A stretch of DNA of 64,000 nucleotides, from the NCBI GenBank assembly GCA_043228905.1, contig JBHGNT010000021.1, positions 1,550,001 through 1,614,000 of the forward strand, in the 5' to 3' direction. Position 1 is the first letter of the stretch. Every line of letters begins with the position of its first letter. The notes below the pieces were generated by a model, which saw nothing but the letters and a program-made list of their open reading frames with translations, was not told where the DNA came from and ran no database searches. The position numbers and the translations under genes were made by a program. Source of the stretch: Azolla caroliniana (lineage: Eukaryota; Plantae; Polypodiophyta). This document shows positions 62,201-64,000 of this stretch, one piece after another.

Positions 62201-63396
62201 CTGATAGCCAACTCACACACCCTTCCCCCTCCCTCCATGGCATGATGCACAAGACTGCATATGGCAGCCGGCATACATACGCGCCGCCCCTCCTTCCAAC
62301 TCCTCCCCACACATAGGGGAGCATCACACCTCGCGTTTTCAGAACGCTAATTACCCCCCACTCTCTGCTCCCTCCTCACACACACACGGCCTCTTTGAAC
62401 AAGTAATAAAACCCCGTTTACTCACCATACTACCCCAACTCACATCCAACTCACAAACACTATAGAAATACATCATAAAAATTCATCATTGTTACTAGAT
62501 GTTCATCTACAAATAAGCTCCCTACGTAAGTTACTAGATGTTCATCTACAAATAAGTAGAAATCAACCATTAGGGCTATTCATCATTGTTGAATTAACAT
62601 TGATATCTATAAAGCTCCCAATCATTTCGCATATTTTTGTTCGAGATTTCATATCTTGGCATCTCAAAGCCCTAATTTCAAAGTGCACCTATCCTAAGTT
62701 GTGGTAGTCAGCTGACCACCTTTGGCAGCATTATGATCTAGTTCGATAATTCGCCATAAACTTCATCCTTTTTGTTTTCAGTAAGACAGGACTACATATT
62801 GATTTTTCATTGCTTTAACTTCAACGGTACTTTTCCACTCAGGTGCATACGTTATTCTTGTGACTCTTAACATCCATTACCCGCACAAATAGAGCTGCAC
62901 AGTTCAAATCAATGGCAACACTTCTATATAGCTGCCTATTCTATTCTATTCAGGATTGATATTGATTCATTTTGTTGCTTTGCCAACATTCATGTGATTC
63001 ATTCTCTCAATGTCTGGCCTACTGTGCACCACTTGGTTTTGGTACAAGGCTATATCCAACCTACATTAAAATGAAAATTTATCTAGTCCATTATATGTAT
63101 TTAAGGACTATTTTCTTTTTTTGCACATGCTTACTGTTCATTAGTACCAAATAGTAAATTCTGCTTACACAATTGACCATCTACATATTAAAAACACTAA
63201 GCTTGAAATATAAAGAGTTCTCAAACCTCTATGCCCATACAAAATGGAAGTTCATGCATTTGTAGCTCTGAATCAGTTTTCGTGGCTGAGGGTTGATGGT
63301 TCCGATAAATAGAATAACCAACACATGCATATTTGAAATCAACGAGAGTTTTTCCATCTTTTGTTATTTCTTGCTCAGATTTTGGGTATTTAGGCA
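53294..63396 (-). CDS. Conserved plant protein of unknown function (resembles Arabidopsis At3g51100 family from memory); 3' four exons, start not identified in the window
   Basis: Exons 63396-63227, 54224-54137, 53609-53525, 53414-53294 join in frame across a 9.0-kb intron: VPKY..SE.E..KDGKTLVDFKYACVGYS...ELPFCMGIE|MMAER...F.RSAGLVA..V.KNL.RVG..IK....DI...R.RPK*. Confidence 0.8.
54512..54704 (+). repeat. 193-bp direct repeat, left copy
   Basis: Ungapped match to 62513-62705, 13 mismatches by hand count. Confidence 0.95.
54785..56161 (+). mobile_element. Internally deleted Ty1/copia element (partial 5' LTR, RT C-half/RNase H, full 256-bp 3' LTR)
   Basis: TSD ATTCA (54780-54784, 56162-56166). 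TGTTGACATATTTCGG at 54785 and 55906. G-rich PPT at ~55897-55905. LTR ends CCCAACA. Confidence 0.93.
54871..55827 (+). pseudogene. Copia RT/RNase H remnant ORF
   Basis: FVDDMLL, FEMSDLG..HYLGI, TRPDI, FSDSDWAG, SSCEAEY, HARTKHIE, ADLFTK. Confidence 0.9.
57014..60690 (-). mobile_element. Decayed Penelope-like retroelement (PLE): long N-terminal region plus RT, no GIY-YIG seen
   Basis: Ordered PLE motifs on the minus strand: INNLS*HPLTKNETQLLGLALKYIPP (~58720-58797), IIILPIDKN (~58415-58440), IYFLPK, YLKDS, FDVESLYPDIP (~57965-57997), QVKGTTM (~57820-57840), degenerate RY/EEAFGVW, LPFLDV, YLSF..DHP.HIK..FI.NELKRY...RL..QGYP, PFICW.K...L...LVK. Confidence 0.85.
60695..62491 (+). mobile_element. 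Second, diverged copy of the PLE 5' region in inverted orientation (no RT)
   Basis: 60839-62403 is the reverse complement of 60683-59090. Shared peptides YNKDLT.SYIKHLD.LVH.YTKTLDDFPN, MCDEF.LNH.IDDTLKKT..EM.DKIQAHN, SPSYMIPE.NG, AYG.RH.YAPPLLPTP. Confidence 0.85.
62513..62705 (+). repeat. 193-bp direct repeat, right copy
   Basis: Matches 54512-54704; preceded by a 26-nt re-copy (62492-62517 = 62531-62556). Confidence 0.95.
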
Positions 63397-64000
63397 CTGC
63401 AAAAAAATACATGACAGAACAATATTTAGATTTAACTCTGCGTACCTAGAAATTGAGCTGTAGAATATTTTGCAAACTTCCACAGCAGATATTTTGCGAT
63501 GAAGTTTGCTTGATTTATAGATCTTTAATGTAATCCAACAATATGGCTAAAGGAAATTCATTGGAGCTGTCATTTTATAACATGTCTTAAGGAGATGGAA
63601 AACAAGGACGTCAAATAAAACCTATACATAAACAAAAACACTAACACTGAAACATCTAAAATGTAAATTAGCTTTATTTAGTAATGGAAAGAAATGAAAG
63701 CACTAACTTTTTAAATAAATTAATAAACACATTCAATAACAAATAGGAAGAAATATGAACTATCCAAATTAAAAATCAGTCACTGAAGAGTATCAAAAAA
63801 TAGGTAGACAAATTCTCCATTCTAACTTCCATTAGAAACCCTGCAATAGCTAACAAAAAGGCCTCTCAGACATCAGTGAGCCATTCCAATGGAACATGTG
63901 ATGAGGACAGATACTCCTATGAGATAGCTGAGGTGAAATTAGGTTGCAACTTTCCCTGACTCCTATAGATTTTGAGACTAATCCCTGATATATGGAAGTT

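Noticed and set aside
54512-62705. 193-bp repeats as LTRs of one large element
   Set aside because: No TG...CA ends, PBS, PPT or outer TSD; the contents are unrelated non-LTR pieces in opposite orientations.
63444-63545. Open minus-strand stretch as the next upstream exon of the unknown-function gene
   Set aside because: The open frame lacks the expected CKGCLYYS/P.C.G-type motif and does not end in the required phase.

Overview
AT-rich, intron-rich land-plant nuclear DNA, probably a fern or other seed-free plant (inferred from gene and LINE style, not verified). Eight spliced host genes can be rebuilt by hand with frame-consistent GT-AG exons: a CCR4/EEP nuclease (+), TOM20 (+), PPCS (-), a CPSFL1-like Sec14/CRAL-TRIO protein (+, with a probable U12 intron), a chloroplast type-I DnaJ (+), a SAM methyltransferase-like protein (-), a HIPP lacking its CxxC (-), and the 3' part of a conserved plant unknown protein (-). 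Mobile DNA includes an intact, very young Ty1/copia, a deleted copia, a solo LTR, RTE- and L1-type LINE pieces, a hAT remnant and MITE-like/foldback elements. The most unusual structure is in the 9-kb intron of the last gene. A 193-bp direct duplication brackets an RTE fragment, a decayed Penelope-like retroelement with no visible endonuclease, and a second diverged Penelope-like 5' region joined head-to-head. Every non-LTR piece points its 3' end outward to the duplicated flanks, as expected if a break was patched by reverse transcription from both ends. Family names come from motif recall; no database search was run.
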